Positions 20,115-29,042 of a stretch of 64,000 nucleotides of DNA are shown here, piece after piece; position 1 is the first letter of the stretch, and every line of letters starts with the position of its first letter. This DNA is from Smithella sp. (GTDB taxonomy: Bacteria; Desulfobacterota; Syntrophia; Syntrophales; Smithellaceae). The stretch is from NCBI GenBank assembly GCA_017993615.1, contig JAGOMJ010000001.1, positions 25,425-89,424 of the forward strand. The letters run 5' to 3'. The translations under genes and the position numbers were made by a program. The notes below the pieces were generated by a model. That model saw only the letters and a program-made list of their open reading frames with translations, was not told where the DNA came from and searched no databases.

Positions 20115-20639
20115 TTGAAAAGACTTTCATCGAAAAGCTCATTTTTTATTAAAAGAATATTCCCCCCGCTGTGGTTCGGATGCATCATCTTTTTTGCGCT
20201 GATGGCATTGTCTGCCGAGTCGAAAGGCATTCATGTAGACGATATTCTCATAGTATTGCTTGCCGCTATTTTTATGGTACTGATCGGCTACTTCATCATG
20301 AGGCATCTGGTGTTTGATCTGATAGACGAGGCATACGATGAAGGGGCGTCGCTTCTTTTTAAAAATAACGGGCAATCGGTTCGTGTGGATTTAACCGCCA
20401 TTAAGAACGTCAGCTATACGGTGCTCATCAATCCTCCAAGGGTGACGTTGAGCCTGCGCCATGAGACGCAGTTCGGTGATGAATTGACTTTCTCTCCGTC
20501 CGGCAGTTTCATTCCGTTCAAGAAAAATGAAGAGATTCTGGGACTGATTGACCGCATTGACAGGGCCAGAGGCGGATCAGACAACACTTTACCGATTCAG
20601 GAGGGGCAAATATGCAAAGAAAATTCAACGAACTGTTGA
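20115..20639 (+). CDS. Hypothetical membrane protein (2 TM + soluble domain)
   Basis: TTG start with AGAGGGAG upstream. Family not recognised. Confidence 0.45.
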   Translation: MKRLSSKSSFFIKRIFPPLWFGCIIFFALMALSAESKGIHVDDILIVLLAAIFMVLIGYFIMRHLVFDLIDEAYDEGASLLFKNNGQSVRVDLTAIKNVSYTVLINPPRVTLSLRHETQFGDELTFSPSGSFIPFKKNEEILGLIDRIDRARGGSDNTLPIQEGQICKENSTNC

Positions 20640-21025
20640 TTATCGGTTTGGGCGGAACAATATTTTTCGGTTCATTTTTTGCCGGAGAATATCTGGGCGC
20701 CTCCGAAAGCAACAAAGATAGCTGGTGGACGCCGATGACCATGGCTCTTTCGCTGGATCAAACACGGCCGGAATTCGAACTTTATCTTAAAAAAGAACTG
20801 CTGCAAAAGCACATCGAAAAAGGCACTCTCCTGGTTGCCAATGACGGGGAAAACCTGTCAAAATTGGTTTTGGGTGATATAAAAATCCGGCTCAATAACT
20901 GGAACAAGGTGAAGGCGGAAAAATTAAAATATGCTGTTATAACCGCCTTTTTTTTAGGAGCGAGCATTGCGTTGCTGATCATCGGTTTGATGCGATTTCT
21001 TGCTGATAAAGAAGATGCACAGTAG
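20612..21025 (+). CDS. Hypothetical membrane protein (N- and C-terminal TM)
   Basis: 137-aa ORF overlapping the previous gene by 28 nt. Confidence 0.45.
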   Translation: MQRKFNELLIIGLGGTIFFGSFFAGEYLGASESNKDSWWTPMTMALSLDQTRPEFELYLKKELLQKHIEKGTLLVANDGENLSKLVLGDIKIRLNNWNKVKAEKLKYAVITAFFLGASIALLIIGLMRFLADKEDAQ

Positions 21026-21096
21026 CGGTTGAATCCTTATATGGAGAAACCCAAATTTACGATAATCATTTTTCACAACAAGGCACCTCTCAACCA

Positions 21097-21492
21097 ATGA
21101 AGCTTTTGCGCTATCTGTGGGCATCGCCGTATACTCTCCTGGGATTTTTTTTTGTTCCGCTTGCGTTATTAACGAAGGGCAGGATGAAAACGGTTGACGG
21201 CGTACTCGAAATCCATGGAGGATTTGTTACATGGTTTCTCAAACACGGCTTGCCTGTCCGAGGATATATCGGAGCGTTGACACTGGGACATGTTGTGCTG
21301 GGATACAACGAAAATCTTCTATCTGCGTATCGCCGTCACGAACACGCGCATGTCAAACAATACGAAATGCTTGGGCCGTTATTCCTGCCGGTTTATCTGG
21401 CGGCATCGATCTGGGCGTGGCTCAGAGGCAGAGGGGCATATAAAGGAAATTATCTGGAAAAAAAGGCGAAAGAGCACAGCCGTGAATTTTAA
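21097..21492 (+). CDS. Hypothetical membrane protein with HEHAH motif
   Basis: 131 aa with TM helices flanking RRHEHAHVKQYE. Confidence 0.45.
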   Translation: MKLLRYLWASPYTLLGFFFVPLALLTKGRMKTVDGVLEIHGGFVTWFLKHGLPVRGYIGALTLGHVVLGYNENLLSAYRRHEHAHVKQYEMLGPLFLPVYLAASIWAWLRGRGAYKGNYLEKKAKEHSREF

Positions 21493-21565
21493 AAAACTCT
21501 TTTAAGATGATGTCGGAAAGTGTATTTCCTTTCAGGAATATCTGTGCGGAGAAAATAATTAAACA

Positions 21566-21937
21566 ATGAAAAAAACGGTTAACAAGCAAAATCTGAAAAC
21601 CGAGTTTTATATGTCGGAAAAATGTTACATCACGGAATTATCCAATTCTGCCGACGATCCTGATGTATCCATTGCCCGGGCAAGGGTGGAGCCGGGCGTG
21701 ACAACGCGCAGTCATCGGCTGAAAGGAATTACGGAACGTTATTTTATCATCAGCGGCAGGGGAGCTGTGGAAATCGGAGAACTGCCGCCCCAGGAAGTCA
21801 ACCCCGGCGATATAGTCTTGATTCCGCCCTTATGTCCGCAGCGCATTACCAACATCGGCAAAAACGATTTGATTTTTCTGGCCATCTGCTCGCCGCGTTA
21901 TATGCAGGATGCGTATGAAGATGTCGAAGACTTTTAA
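21566..21937 (+). CDS. Cupin domain protein
   Basis: 123 aa with a short beta-barrel pattern (GDIVLIPP...ITNIG). Confidence 0.7.
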   Translation: MKKTVNKQNLKTEFYMSEKCYITELSNSADDPDVSIARARVEPGVTTRSHRLKGITERYFIISGRGAVEIGELPPQEVNPGDIVLIPPLCPQRITNIGKNDLIFLAICSPRYMQDAYEDVEDF

Positions 21938-21946
21938 CCCTGATGA

Positions 21947-24355
21947 TTACATGAAGCTTTCCGGGTCCACATCCGCCATCATTTTTATTTGCGTGTTTTT
22001 ATTTTTATGCATAACGTCTTTTGCGATCTGATGCAGGGCGTTGATGTCTTTCCCTTTGATCAGCATCTGCCAGCGGAAGCGCCCCCGGAGCTTGGAAAGG
22101 GGAGATTCCGCCGGACCGATAATTTCTACCGTGTTTCCATACCCCGCGCACAGCTTCTTCGCCAGTTTGCCCAGACGTTTGGCTTCCTCAATCAATACGT
22201 CTTTTTTGATCGAAGACAGGCGCAAATTGATGATCCGGCCGAACGGCGGGTATTGCAGATCCAGACGAAATTTTATTTCTTCCCTGTAAAAGGATTTATA
22301 ATCATGGTTTTGAGCGTGCCTCAGCGCATAGTGGTCGGGATTGAACGTTTGAATAATGACTCGGCCGGGTGCGCTTCCCCGTCCTCCTCGTCCGGCGACT
22401 TGCGTGATTAACTGAAACGTTCTTTCGGCGGCGCGGAAATCCGGCATGTTCAGGGAAGTGTCCGCGGAAACAACGCCCACCAGGGTAATGAACGGAAAGT
22501 CGTGTCCTTTGGTGATCATTTGCGTGCCGATGAGAATGTCAATTTCCCTTTTGTCCAGTGCCTGAAGAATTTTTTCCTGAGATCCTTTACGGGTGGTCGT
22601 GTCGGAGTCCATTCTGTCAATCCGGGCGTCAGGAAAGAATTTCTGCACTTCTTTTTCCAGTTTCTGCGTGCCCGTTCCGTAACTTAAAATGCGGCTGCTT
22701 TTGCAGGAAGGGCAAAGCGGCATCGATTGAATCGTATAGTCGCAGTAATGGCATTTGACGATGCCTTCCGCAAGATGATTTTTGAGGGAGACGGCGCAAT
22801 TGGGACAGCGGAAACTATATCCGCAGTCGGCGCAAACTAAAAATGTATCAAACCCGCGCTTGTTGAGAAAAAGCAGAACCTGTTCTTTGTTCCGGACGGT
22901 ATTGTCGATTTGCTCAATCAAACTGTCCGAAAGCACCGGCACTTTTCCCGCTTTCGCCTGCTGTAATTTCATATCAACAATCTCGACGACAGGCATCGGT
23001 TTGTCATCGATTCTTCCGGGAAGTTCCAGATAATGATATTTTTGGGTCTGCGCGTTGAAATACGTATGAATGCTCGGCGTAGCGGAACCGGCGATGACAA
23101 CGGCGGAAGACATTTTTGCCTTCACGACGGCCAGGTCCCGGGCATTATAGCAGAGCCGGTCATCCTGCTTGTAAGAAGTATCGTGTTCTTCATCCACGAT
23201 GATCAATCTCAAATTGGTCAGCGGAGCGAAAAGAGCGGAACGGGTGCCGATTACCAGATGAATGCGACCGCGTCTGATCTGCCGCCACTGGTCATAGCGT
23301 ACGGATTCGGCGATGCCGCTGTGCAGTATTGCAATGCGTTCCCGGTCAAACCGTCCGGCAACCCGCGAAATCAGCTGAGGCGTGAGGGCTATTTCCGGTA
23401 CGAGATACATGGCAGAGCCGCCGGTTTGTAAAACATTTTCAATGGCTTTTAAATAGATTTCCGTTTTCCCGCTGCCGGTTACACCGTGAAGCAGTATGGG
23501 CGTGAAAATATTTTTTTCCAGATAGCGTGAAATCTCTTCCATTGCCGCATTCTGCCGGTCGTTGAGAACGGTTGCGTTTTTATGGCGTCCGATGTGCGAA
23601 TCGAATGAAGCGGTTCGGATTTTCTCCTGTTTCGTCAGATGGATCAGACCTTTATCCAGTAAGGCTTTGAGCACGGCGCCGGTAACGCCGGAACCTTCAA
23701 TCAATTCTCCCCATGATACCGAGCCTTTTGCCTGCATCCATTCGACAAGCATTCGCTGTTTGCCGGTTAATTTGACGTCGGGCAGTTTTTGTTCGTCGAG
23801 CGCAACCATTTTTTCGCTTTGCGGGGACAACGGTTTGCCGTGTTTTTTCTCCAGAGAGACCAATCCCGCCTGCTGAAGTTTTTTTGCCGCCGAAAGAGCG
23901 TTTTTCAGGCCGCTGATTTTCGCGATGCCGGTGAGCGTCGTGCCCCGCGGATGTTGTTTCAGGAACGCCATCAGTGTATTTTGTGCAGGCGTTAAATGCA
24001 GATCGGTTTCCGATATCAGCGGGGTTATCCAGAGAAAATCTTTTTTTTCCGGTCCTGCCGGAATGAGCTCGGCCAGGGTCTTACCCAGCGGATAAATAAA
24101 ATAGCCGGCAATCCATTTGTAAAAGTTCAGGTCGCTTGTATGAAACAGCGGCTCATCGTCAAGCACTTCCGCAACGGATTTGATATTGTTCAGGCCGCAG
24201 GAATGACGGATATCGGTTATGAATCCGGTGCGTTTTTTATTGCCGAAAGGAACAAAGACGCGTTTGCCGACGACAATGCCCTGCTCCAGTTCAGTGGGAA
24301 CTTCATACGTGAAAAGTTTATCCGATGGAATGTTTAAGGCGATTTCTACAAACAT
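21947..24355 (-). CDS. priA: Primosomal protein N' (replication restart helicase PriA)
   Basis: Walker A GVTGSGKTE, DEEH box and a Cys-rich zinc insertion (CADCGYSFRCPNC...CHYC...CPSC). Confidence 0.93.
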   Translation of the reverse strand: MFVEIALNIPSDKLFTYEVPTELEQGIVVGKRVFVPFGNKKRTGFITDIRHSCGLNNIKSVAEVLDDEPLFHTSDLNFYKWIAGYFIYPLGKTLAELIPAGPEKKDFLWITPLISETDLHLTPAQNTLMAFLKQHPRGTTLTGIAKISGLKNALSAAKKLQQAGLVSLEKKHGKPLSPQSEKMVALDEQKLPDVKLTGKQRMLVEWMQAKGSVSWGELIEGSGVTGAVLKALLDKGLIHLTKQEKIRTASFDSHIGRHKNATVLNDRQNAAMEEISRYLEKNIFTPILLHGVTGSGKTEIYLKAIENVLQTGGSAMYLVPEIALTPQLISRVAGRFDRERIAILHSGIAESVRYDQWRQIRRGRIHLVIGTRSALFAPLTNLRLIIVDEEHDTSYKQDDRLCYNARDLAVVKAKMSSAVVIAGSATPSIHTYFNAQTQKYHYLELPGRIDDKPMPVVEIVDMKLQQAKAGKVPVLSDSLIEQIDNTVRNKEQVLLFLNKRGFDTFLVCADCGYSFRCPNCAVSLKNHLAEGIVKCHYCDYTIQSMPLCPSCKSSRILSYGTGTQKLEKEVQKFFPDARIDRMDSDTTTRKGSQEKILQALDKREIDILIGTQMITKGHDFPFITLVGVVSADTSLNMPDFRAAERTFQLITQVAGRGGRGSAPGRVIIQTFNPDHYALRHAQNHDYKSFYREEIKFRLDLQYPPFGRIINLRLSSIKKDVLIEEAKRLGKLAKKLCAGYGNTVEIIGPAESPLSKLRGRFRWQMLIKGKDINALHQIAKDVMHKNKNTQIKMMADVDPESFM

Positions 24356-24480
24356 AACTATTCCATGATGTTCAAAAATATACCGTTAGTAACCAATCCT
24401 GTCCGGAAAATCCATTTTTCTGATACCATCTTTAGTCCAAAAAGGAAATTATTTATCGGTAGCTATAGTTTTAAAAATAA

Positions 24481-24510
24481 AAAAACGCTCCGGTTGGGGA
24501 GCGTTTTTTA
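24481..24510 (-). terminator. Rho-independent terminator after the dksA-like gene
   Basis: AAAAAACGCTCC-GGTT-GGGAGCGTTTTTT. GC-rich stem flanked by A/T runs, 20 nt past the stop codon. Confidence 0.8.
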
Positions 24511-24530
24511 TCAAGCGGAATATTTTAAAT

Positions 24531-24941
24531 TTATTCGCCTTTGAGCTTTTCCATCTTTTCCTGTTTTGTTTTACAATCGATACAGAGGGTCGTGACCGGT
24601 CTTGCCATCAATCTTTTCTCTGATATGGGACCGCCGCAGACTTCGCAGATACCGAAAGTGCCGTCATCGATCCTTTTAATGGCTTCCTGCATTTTCATGA
24701 TCAGTTTGCGTTCTCTGTCCCGGATACGCAATTCAAAATTTCTGTCGGATTCAAGAGACGCCCTGTCGGTGGGATCGGGATAGTTTTCTTTCCCGTTGGT
24801 CATTTCCGAAACAGTTTTGCCGGCTTCGCTAAGCAACTCGTTGATTTTTTGAGTCAGCATGGCTTTGTAAGCCTTCATTTTTTCCTGTTTCTGTTTTACA
24901 TTTGTTTGTTTTTCCAAAATCATCACTCCTTGCAAGAACAA
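24531..24941 (-). CDS. DksA/TraR-family C4 zinc-finger protein (start uncertain)
   Basis: CEVCGGPI...CIDC zinc finger preceded by a coiled-coil region. Several candidate starts lie within the first 25 codons. Confidence 0.8.
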   Translation of the reverse strand: MFLQGVMILEKQTNVKQKQEKMKAYKAMLTQKINELLSEAGKTVSEMTNGKENYPDPTDRASLESDRNFELRIRDRERKLIMKMQEAIKRIDDGTFGICEVCGGPISEKRLMARPVTTLCIDCKTKQEKMEKLKGE

Positions 24942-25046
24942 CTTGGCCGTAAAATCTACATGATGAAAATTTATTTGTAAAGAGAAATTTTTATCCGCAG
25001 TTTTTTTCAGGCAATATGCCTCAATTCAATGATAGTATGAATAAAA

Positions 25047-25541
25047 TCAATCCTTTTGGTTTTGCGGACCATAAACCTGCAGGATTTTTTCCACAATGTT
25101 GGTTGTGGATTTGCCCTGCACTTCGGGAATAATGACAACTTTGCCTTTCCATTTCTTAACTTCTTCGCGGCCGACAACTTTTTCTTCCGGCCAATCTCCT
25201 CCCTTGATCAGGATGTCCGGCTTCAGGAATTTGATGACGTTCAGAGGCGTTAACTCATCAAATATTGTAATAAAATCGATGAAATCAAGTGCGGCAAGGA
25301 TTTCCGCTCTTTCTGTTGCCGGAACGAGAGGTCTTTTTTCTCCTTTGATGGCTCTGACTGATGAATCGCTGTTTAAAGCCAGAACCAGCACATCGCCGGT
25401 TTTGCTTGCTTCGCGCAGGTAGCGGACATGACCGACATGCAGAATATCAAAACATCCGTTAGTGAAAGCGATTTTCCTTCCTTTTTGCCGCAGTGTATCC
25501 AGCTTTCTTTGCAGGGTTGTCCTGTCTAAAATTTTATTCAT
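25047..25541 (-). CDS. D-glycero-beta-D-manno-heptose-1-phosphate adenylyltransferase-like cytidylyltransferase (RfaE domain II type)
   Basis: FTNGCFDILHVGHVRYL motif. Internal Met chosen so that the gene does not overlap comF. Confidence 0.8.
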   Translation of the reverse strand: MNKILDRTTLQRKLDTLRQKGRKIAFTNGCFDILHVGHVRYLREASKTGDVLVLALNSDSSVRAIKGEKRPLVPATERAEILAALDFIDFITIFDELTPLNVIKFLKPDILIKGGDWPEEKVVGREEVKKWKGKVVIIPEVQGKSTTNIVEKILQVYGPQNQKD

Positions 25542-25558
25542 TACCGCTCCTTTACGTT

Positions 25559-26302
25559 TTAAAATGAGACATGTTGTAACACTCTGGCCAGGGTCAATAC
25601 GGAAACTTTTTTTGCTCCGGCCTTCATCAGGGTTTTGGAACATTCATTAACGGTGGCGCCGGTAGTAAAGACGTCGTCGATGAGCAGGATATTGCGTCCG
25701 GCAATTGTTTTTATCCCTCTGACTTCAAAAGCTCCTCTGATATTTATCTTTCTTTCTTGTTTATTCGACTGAGTCTGGGTTGACGTAAATCTGTGCCGTT
25801 TCAACACCAAGAAGTCAACAGGAATTTGTTTTCTCTTCGCCAGACGGCGGGCCAGAATAAGCGATTGATTGAACCCTCTTTCGCGCAGTCTTTTAACATG
25901 CAGAGGAACGGGAACAATCAGCGAATAATCGTCAAAAGCAATGTCCGGAAAAGGATAATCGGCCATGAAATCCGCCAGAATTTCCCCTGTAGCGATATCC
26001 CGTTTGTATTTAAATTGATGAATCGCGTCGAGGATCACCGCTTCGTAACAAAAGACGGCCCTCGCTTGAGAAAAATAAGGCTGTTTCTTCAGACAATCTT
26101 CGCACAGATGGTTCTCCGCCGGACTGCCGGGAAAGGTTGTGCCGCAAACGGGACAGATGCTGCCGGCAATAAAATGGACGTGTTTAGCGCAATCCCGACA
26201 AAAAATCTGATTCTTCACGGACGGGATGATTTCAGCGCATCCCAGACATTGAGGCGGAAAAATTACTTGGCTTAAATCATTGAACGCTTCAGCCAGATTC
26301 AT
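25559..26302 (-). CDS. ComF-family phosphoribosyltransferase protein
   Basis: N-terminal double CxxC zinc ribbon plus the PRTase motif ILLIDDVFTTGAT. Confidence 0.85.
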   Translation of the reverse strand: MNLAEAFNDLSQVIFPPQCLGCAEIIPSVKNQIFCRDCAKHVHFIAGSICPVCGTTFPGSPAENHLCEDCLKKQPYFSQARAVFCYEAVILDAIHQFKYKRDIATGEILADFMADYPFPDIAFDDYSLIVPVPLHVKRLRERGFNQSLILARRLAKRKQIPVDFLVLKRHRFTSTQTQSNKQERKINIRGAFEVRGIKTIAGRNILLIDDVFTTGATVNECSKTLMKAGAKKVSVLTLARVLQHVSF

Positions 26303-26775
26303 GCCATTTCTCTGCTTAACCTTTTTATTTCCTTTTTGTTCTCGTCAACCTGCATCCGGGGAGCATCCCAGAGATTTTCAAGATCGTAAAACGTTCTGAA
26401 CGGTTCATAAAAAACGGAAATGACAACGTCGTCGTAATCCAGCAGAACCCATTGGCCGTTGGCTTCGCCTTCGACGCCCAGAGGTCTGATGTCCGCTTTT
26501 TTCAGGAATAATTGAATGGCCTGGGCGATAGCCTGGACTTCCCTCTCCGACGTTCCGCTGCAGATGATCATGTAATCTGTGAAAGCTGAAAGTTTGCTTA
26601 AATTTAAAACAATGATGTCTTTTGCTTTTTTTTGTAATACAGCGTTAATACACAAAATCAGGCGTTCTCTGGTCACGTTTTTCTTTGCTGGCAAATAAAC
26701 CTCCTGTCCGGCACTGAATTTTCCGAATATATGCCACAAATGACGGAAAATGACAACTTTGCTGTTTTTTTGCAT
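26299..26775 (-). CDS. rsfS: Ribosome silencing factor RsfS (the N-terminal extension is probably not translated)
   Basis: KKAKDIIVLNL, DYMIICSG and WVLLDYDDVV motifs. Confidence 0.8.
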   Translation of the reverse strand: MQKNSKVVIFRHLWHIFGKFSAGQEVYLPAKKNVTRERLILCINAVLQKKAKDIIVLNLSKLSAFTDYMIICSGTSEREVQAIAQAIQLFLKKADIRPLGVEGEANGQWVLLDYDDVVISVFYEPFRTFYDLENLWDAPRMQVDENKKEIKRLSREMA

Positions 26776-26935
26776 GAAGATTATAAAAAATCGTCATGGG
26801 GTATTCAGGACAGTTTCTGTTTTCTTTGCACATGTTTTTACACAGGATGAACCCCTTGCGTCCGATTCGAGAAACAGGCCCTGACGTTGTTTATGAAACA
26901 ATATTTACCCGTTTAAAGCAGTTTCTGCTTTCGTG

Positions 26936-27085
26936 TTAAGAATCGGTTGATGTTTTTTCTTTCTTTCTGTCCTCGACCGGACAGCCGGGTTTCATTCAGG
27001 TGGATACACCCAATTTAGGCAAGAGCCATCCCTGCAACAAAAACCATACCGCAACAATGACGGCCAATATCAAAAAATCATTCAT
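26936..27085 (-). CDS. Candidate 49-aa membrane-anchored selenopeptide (absent from the ORF track)
   Basis: MNDFLILAVIVAVWFLLQGWLLPKLGVST-U-MKPGCPVEDRKKEKTSTDS. In-frame TGA at 26996-26998. Starts 21 nt after the trxA stop. A SECIS-like hairpin follows the TGA, and a hairpin follows the stop codon. Confidence 0.45.
26969..26982 (-). promoter_or_regulatory. SECIS-like hairpin
   Basis: RNA GUCC-GGUCGA-GGAC. GGUC lies at +21..+24 counted from the U of UGA. Confidence 0.4.
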
Positions 27086-27106
27086 TTCCTTTGCCCCCTG
27101 GTGTTA

Positions 27107-27439
27107 TCAGTGGATATGCCGTTTAATCATATCGGCTAGTTTATCCTTCGAGGACAAACCGATCGACGTGTCCTTTACCGTTCCCCCTTTCATGACCAGC
27201 AGTGTCGGGATGCTTTTGATACCGAATTGACTCGCGGTTTGAGGATTGTCATCCACGTTAACCTTCACAATGTCTATCCGGTCGCCGTATTCTCCGGCCA
27301 GTTCCTCCAGAATCGGGCCGATCGCACGGCAAGGTCCGCACCACGGCGCCCAGAAATCCACTAAAACCAGCTTGTCATTTTTTAAAACGGTTTTTTCGAA
27401 ATCACCGTCACCGGCATGCTTGATGTCCTGCTTATTCAT
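27107..27439 (-). CDS. trxA: Thioredoxin
   Basis: 110 aa with WAPWCGPC active site. Confidence 0.93.
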   Translation of the reverse strand: MNKQDIKHAGDGDFEKTVLKNDKLVLVDFWAPWCGPCRAIGPILEELAGEYGDRIDIVKVNVDDNPQTASQFGIKSIPTLLVMKGGTVKDTSIGLSSKDKLADMIKRHIH

Positions 27440-27544
27440 TTGCTCCCCTCCCTTGATATAAAAGTATTTGATTTATCAATCCGCAATTGTTAAATATTCG
27501 TATATTCATAATCGCAAGCATATGTCCCGGTTTGTGGAATGTCA

Positions 27545-27558
27545 TTGATCTGAATCAA
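27545..27558. promoter_or_regulatory. FNR/CRP-family box TTGAT-CTGA-ATCAA
   Basis: Perfect match to TTGAT-N4-ATCAA (extended palindrome CATTGA-N6-TCAATG), 20 nt upstream of the Crp/Fnr regulator ATG. Confidence 0.55.
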
Positions 27559-27578
27559 TGTGGAGAAAAATATTTGCC

Positions 27579-28259
27579 ATGGAACTTCTTAAACAAATAC
27601 AGAACTTTGGGCTGTTTCAAGGCCTGTCGGCGGAGAACTTGAAACTCATGGCATCGCAGGCGTTGCATAAAAAATTCAAACAGGGTGATTTGCTGATCGG
27701 GGAGGAAGATCCCATCCGGGCGTTTTACGTGGTGACCGCCGGGCAGTTAAAGCTTTACAAAAGTTCATCCGAGGGCAGGGAACAGACGTTATCGCTTTTA
27801 AAACCGGGAGATCCTTTCGGTCTTTGTACAGCCTTTGCCACGGAAAGCTTTCCCGCCAATGCCATGGCTATTGAAAAAAGCGCAGTATTGATTATTCCGG
27901 GAGAATTGATGGAGAATGTCGCTAAAAAAGAACCGGTGCTGCTTCTCAACATCATTCAAATACTTTCCCAGCGCCTCAAGGAATCCATGACGCTGATCGA
28001 ATCGCTTTCGCTGAAGGAAATACCGGCAAGGCTGTCAACCTACATTCTTGACGCACTTTCAAGGACGTCAGAAGACAAGAGAAACAAACTGGAATTAACC
28101 ATATCCCACCGGGAATTATCCAAGATGCTTGGCGCAACGCCCGAGGCGCTTTCCCGTGCGTTCAAGAAAATGAGCAACGATAAAATTCTGAAGGTCGAGG
28201 GACGCGTCATTACCGTTTTGAACAGGGAAGAGATGAAAACGCTGGCCGAGGGCGATTAA
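27579..28259 (+). CDS. Crp/Fnr-family transcriptional regulator
   Basis: cNMP-binding-like beta-barrel plus C-terminal HTH (ISHRELSKMLGATPEALSRAFKKM). No N-terminal Cys cluster. Confidence 0.85.
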   Translation: MELLKQIQNFGLFQGLSAENLKLMASQALHKKFKQGDLLIGEEDPIRAFYVVTAGQLKLYKSSSEGREQTLSLLKPGDPFGLCTAFATESFPANAMAIEKSAVLIIPGELMENVAKKEPVLLLNIIQILSQRLKESMTLIESLSLKEIPARLSTYILDALSRTSEDKRNKLELTISHRELSKMLGATPEALSRAFKKMSNDKILKVEGRVITVLNREEMKTLAEGD

Positions 28260-28292
28260 GTTATTCCAGTGCTAAACATTGATGATCCGGGG

Positions 28293-29042
28293 TTATCTCA
28301 AATCCTCCAGAGCGATCGTACTGCCTGCGCCGAGACGAATGAAATGCTCTCCGTATTTGCGGGCGAAGAGCTCGCGGGCATTAGGACCGCTGCAGTGAGA
28401 GGCGGCCGCGTAACGGACGCCGAGTTCCCGGAACCGGGCGATGATTTTCAAAATGTCTTCGTCAGCATTGTCGAGCAAATGAAAACCTCCCATGACCAGG
28501 GCCAGTGCATCATCCGGTAAAATACGCTTCGCGGTTTCGGCAATATGCACGATGCCCGGATGCGCACATCCGGTAATCACGACGGTTCCCGCCTGCGTTT
28601 TCAGAAGGGCGCTCTGTTCCCGGATCAGGGCCTCCATGTCGCCGGTACTGTGCAGACCGGTGATCACTTCTCGTGCTTCATTTATGTCAATCACTTCTGC
28701 GCCGTAGCGCTTCATATCTTCTTTGAAGCGGGCGGAAAACGAATGAGGCAGACAAATCCGGAGATTTCGTTTTTCTTTCAGAATATAATAGATGCCTCCG
28801 GTATGATCCCAATGCTGGTGAGAGATCATCAGAAGATCAAGCGATGCCGGATCAATGCCCAGCTTTGCCATATTTGCCGCCAGGACAAGACCATCGCCGC
28901 CGGTATCAAAAAGGATGTTTTGCCCTTCATGCTGGATCAGACAGGAAAATCCCCACGAGCTCTCCAGATCATCCCGGCTTGAATAATTGTCACAGATCAC
29001 GGTGATGAAAGGATCTTTTACCGATGAGCGGACGTTTTTCAT
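28293..29042 (-). CDS. MBL-fold metallo-hydrolase (same subfamily as 47250-48200)
   Basis: SHQHWDHTGG, GCAHPGI, GGFHL and HCSG motifs. Start MKNVRS.. forms an ATGA overlap with the upstream gene. Confidence 0.75.
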   Translation of the reverse strand: MKNVRSSVKDPFITVICDNYSSRDDLESSWGFSCLIQHEGQNILFDTGGDGLVLAANMAKLGIDPASLDLLMISHQHWDHTGGIYYILKEKRNLRICLPHSFSARFKEDMKRYGAEVIDINEAREVITGLHSTGDMEALIREQSALLKTQAGTVVITGCAHPGIVHIAETAKRILPDDALALVMGGFHLLDNADEDILKIIARFRELGVRYAAASHCSGPNARELFARKYGEHFIRLGAGSTIALEDLR

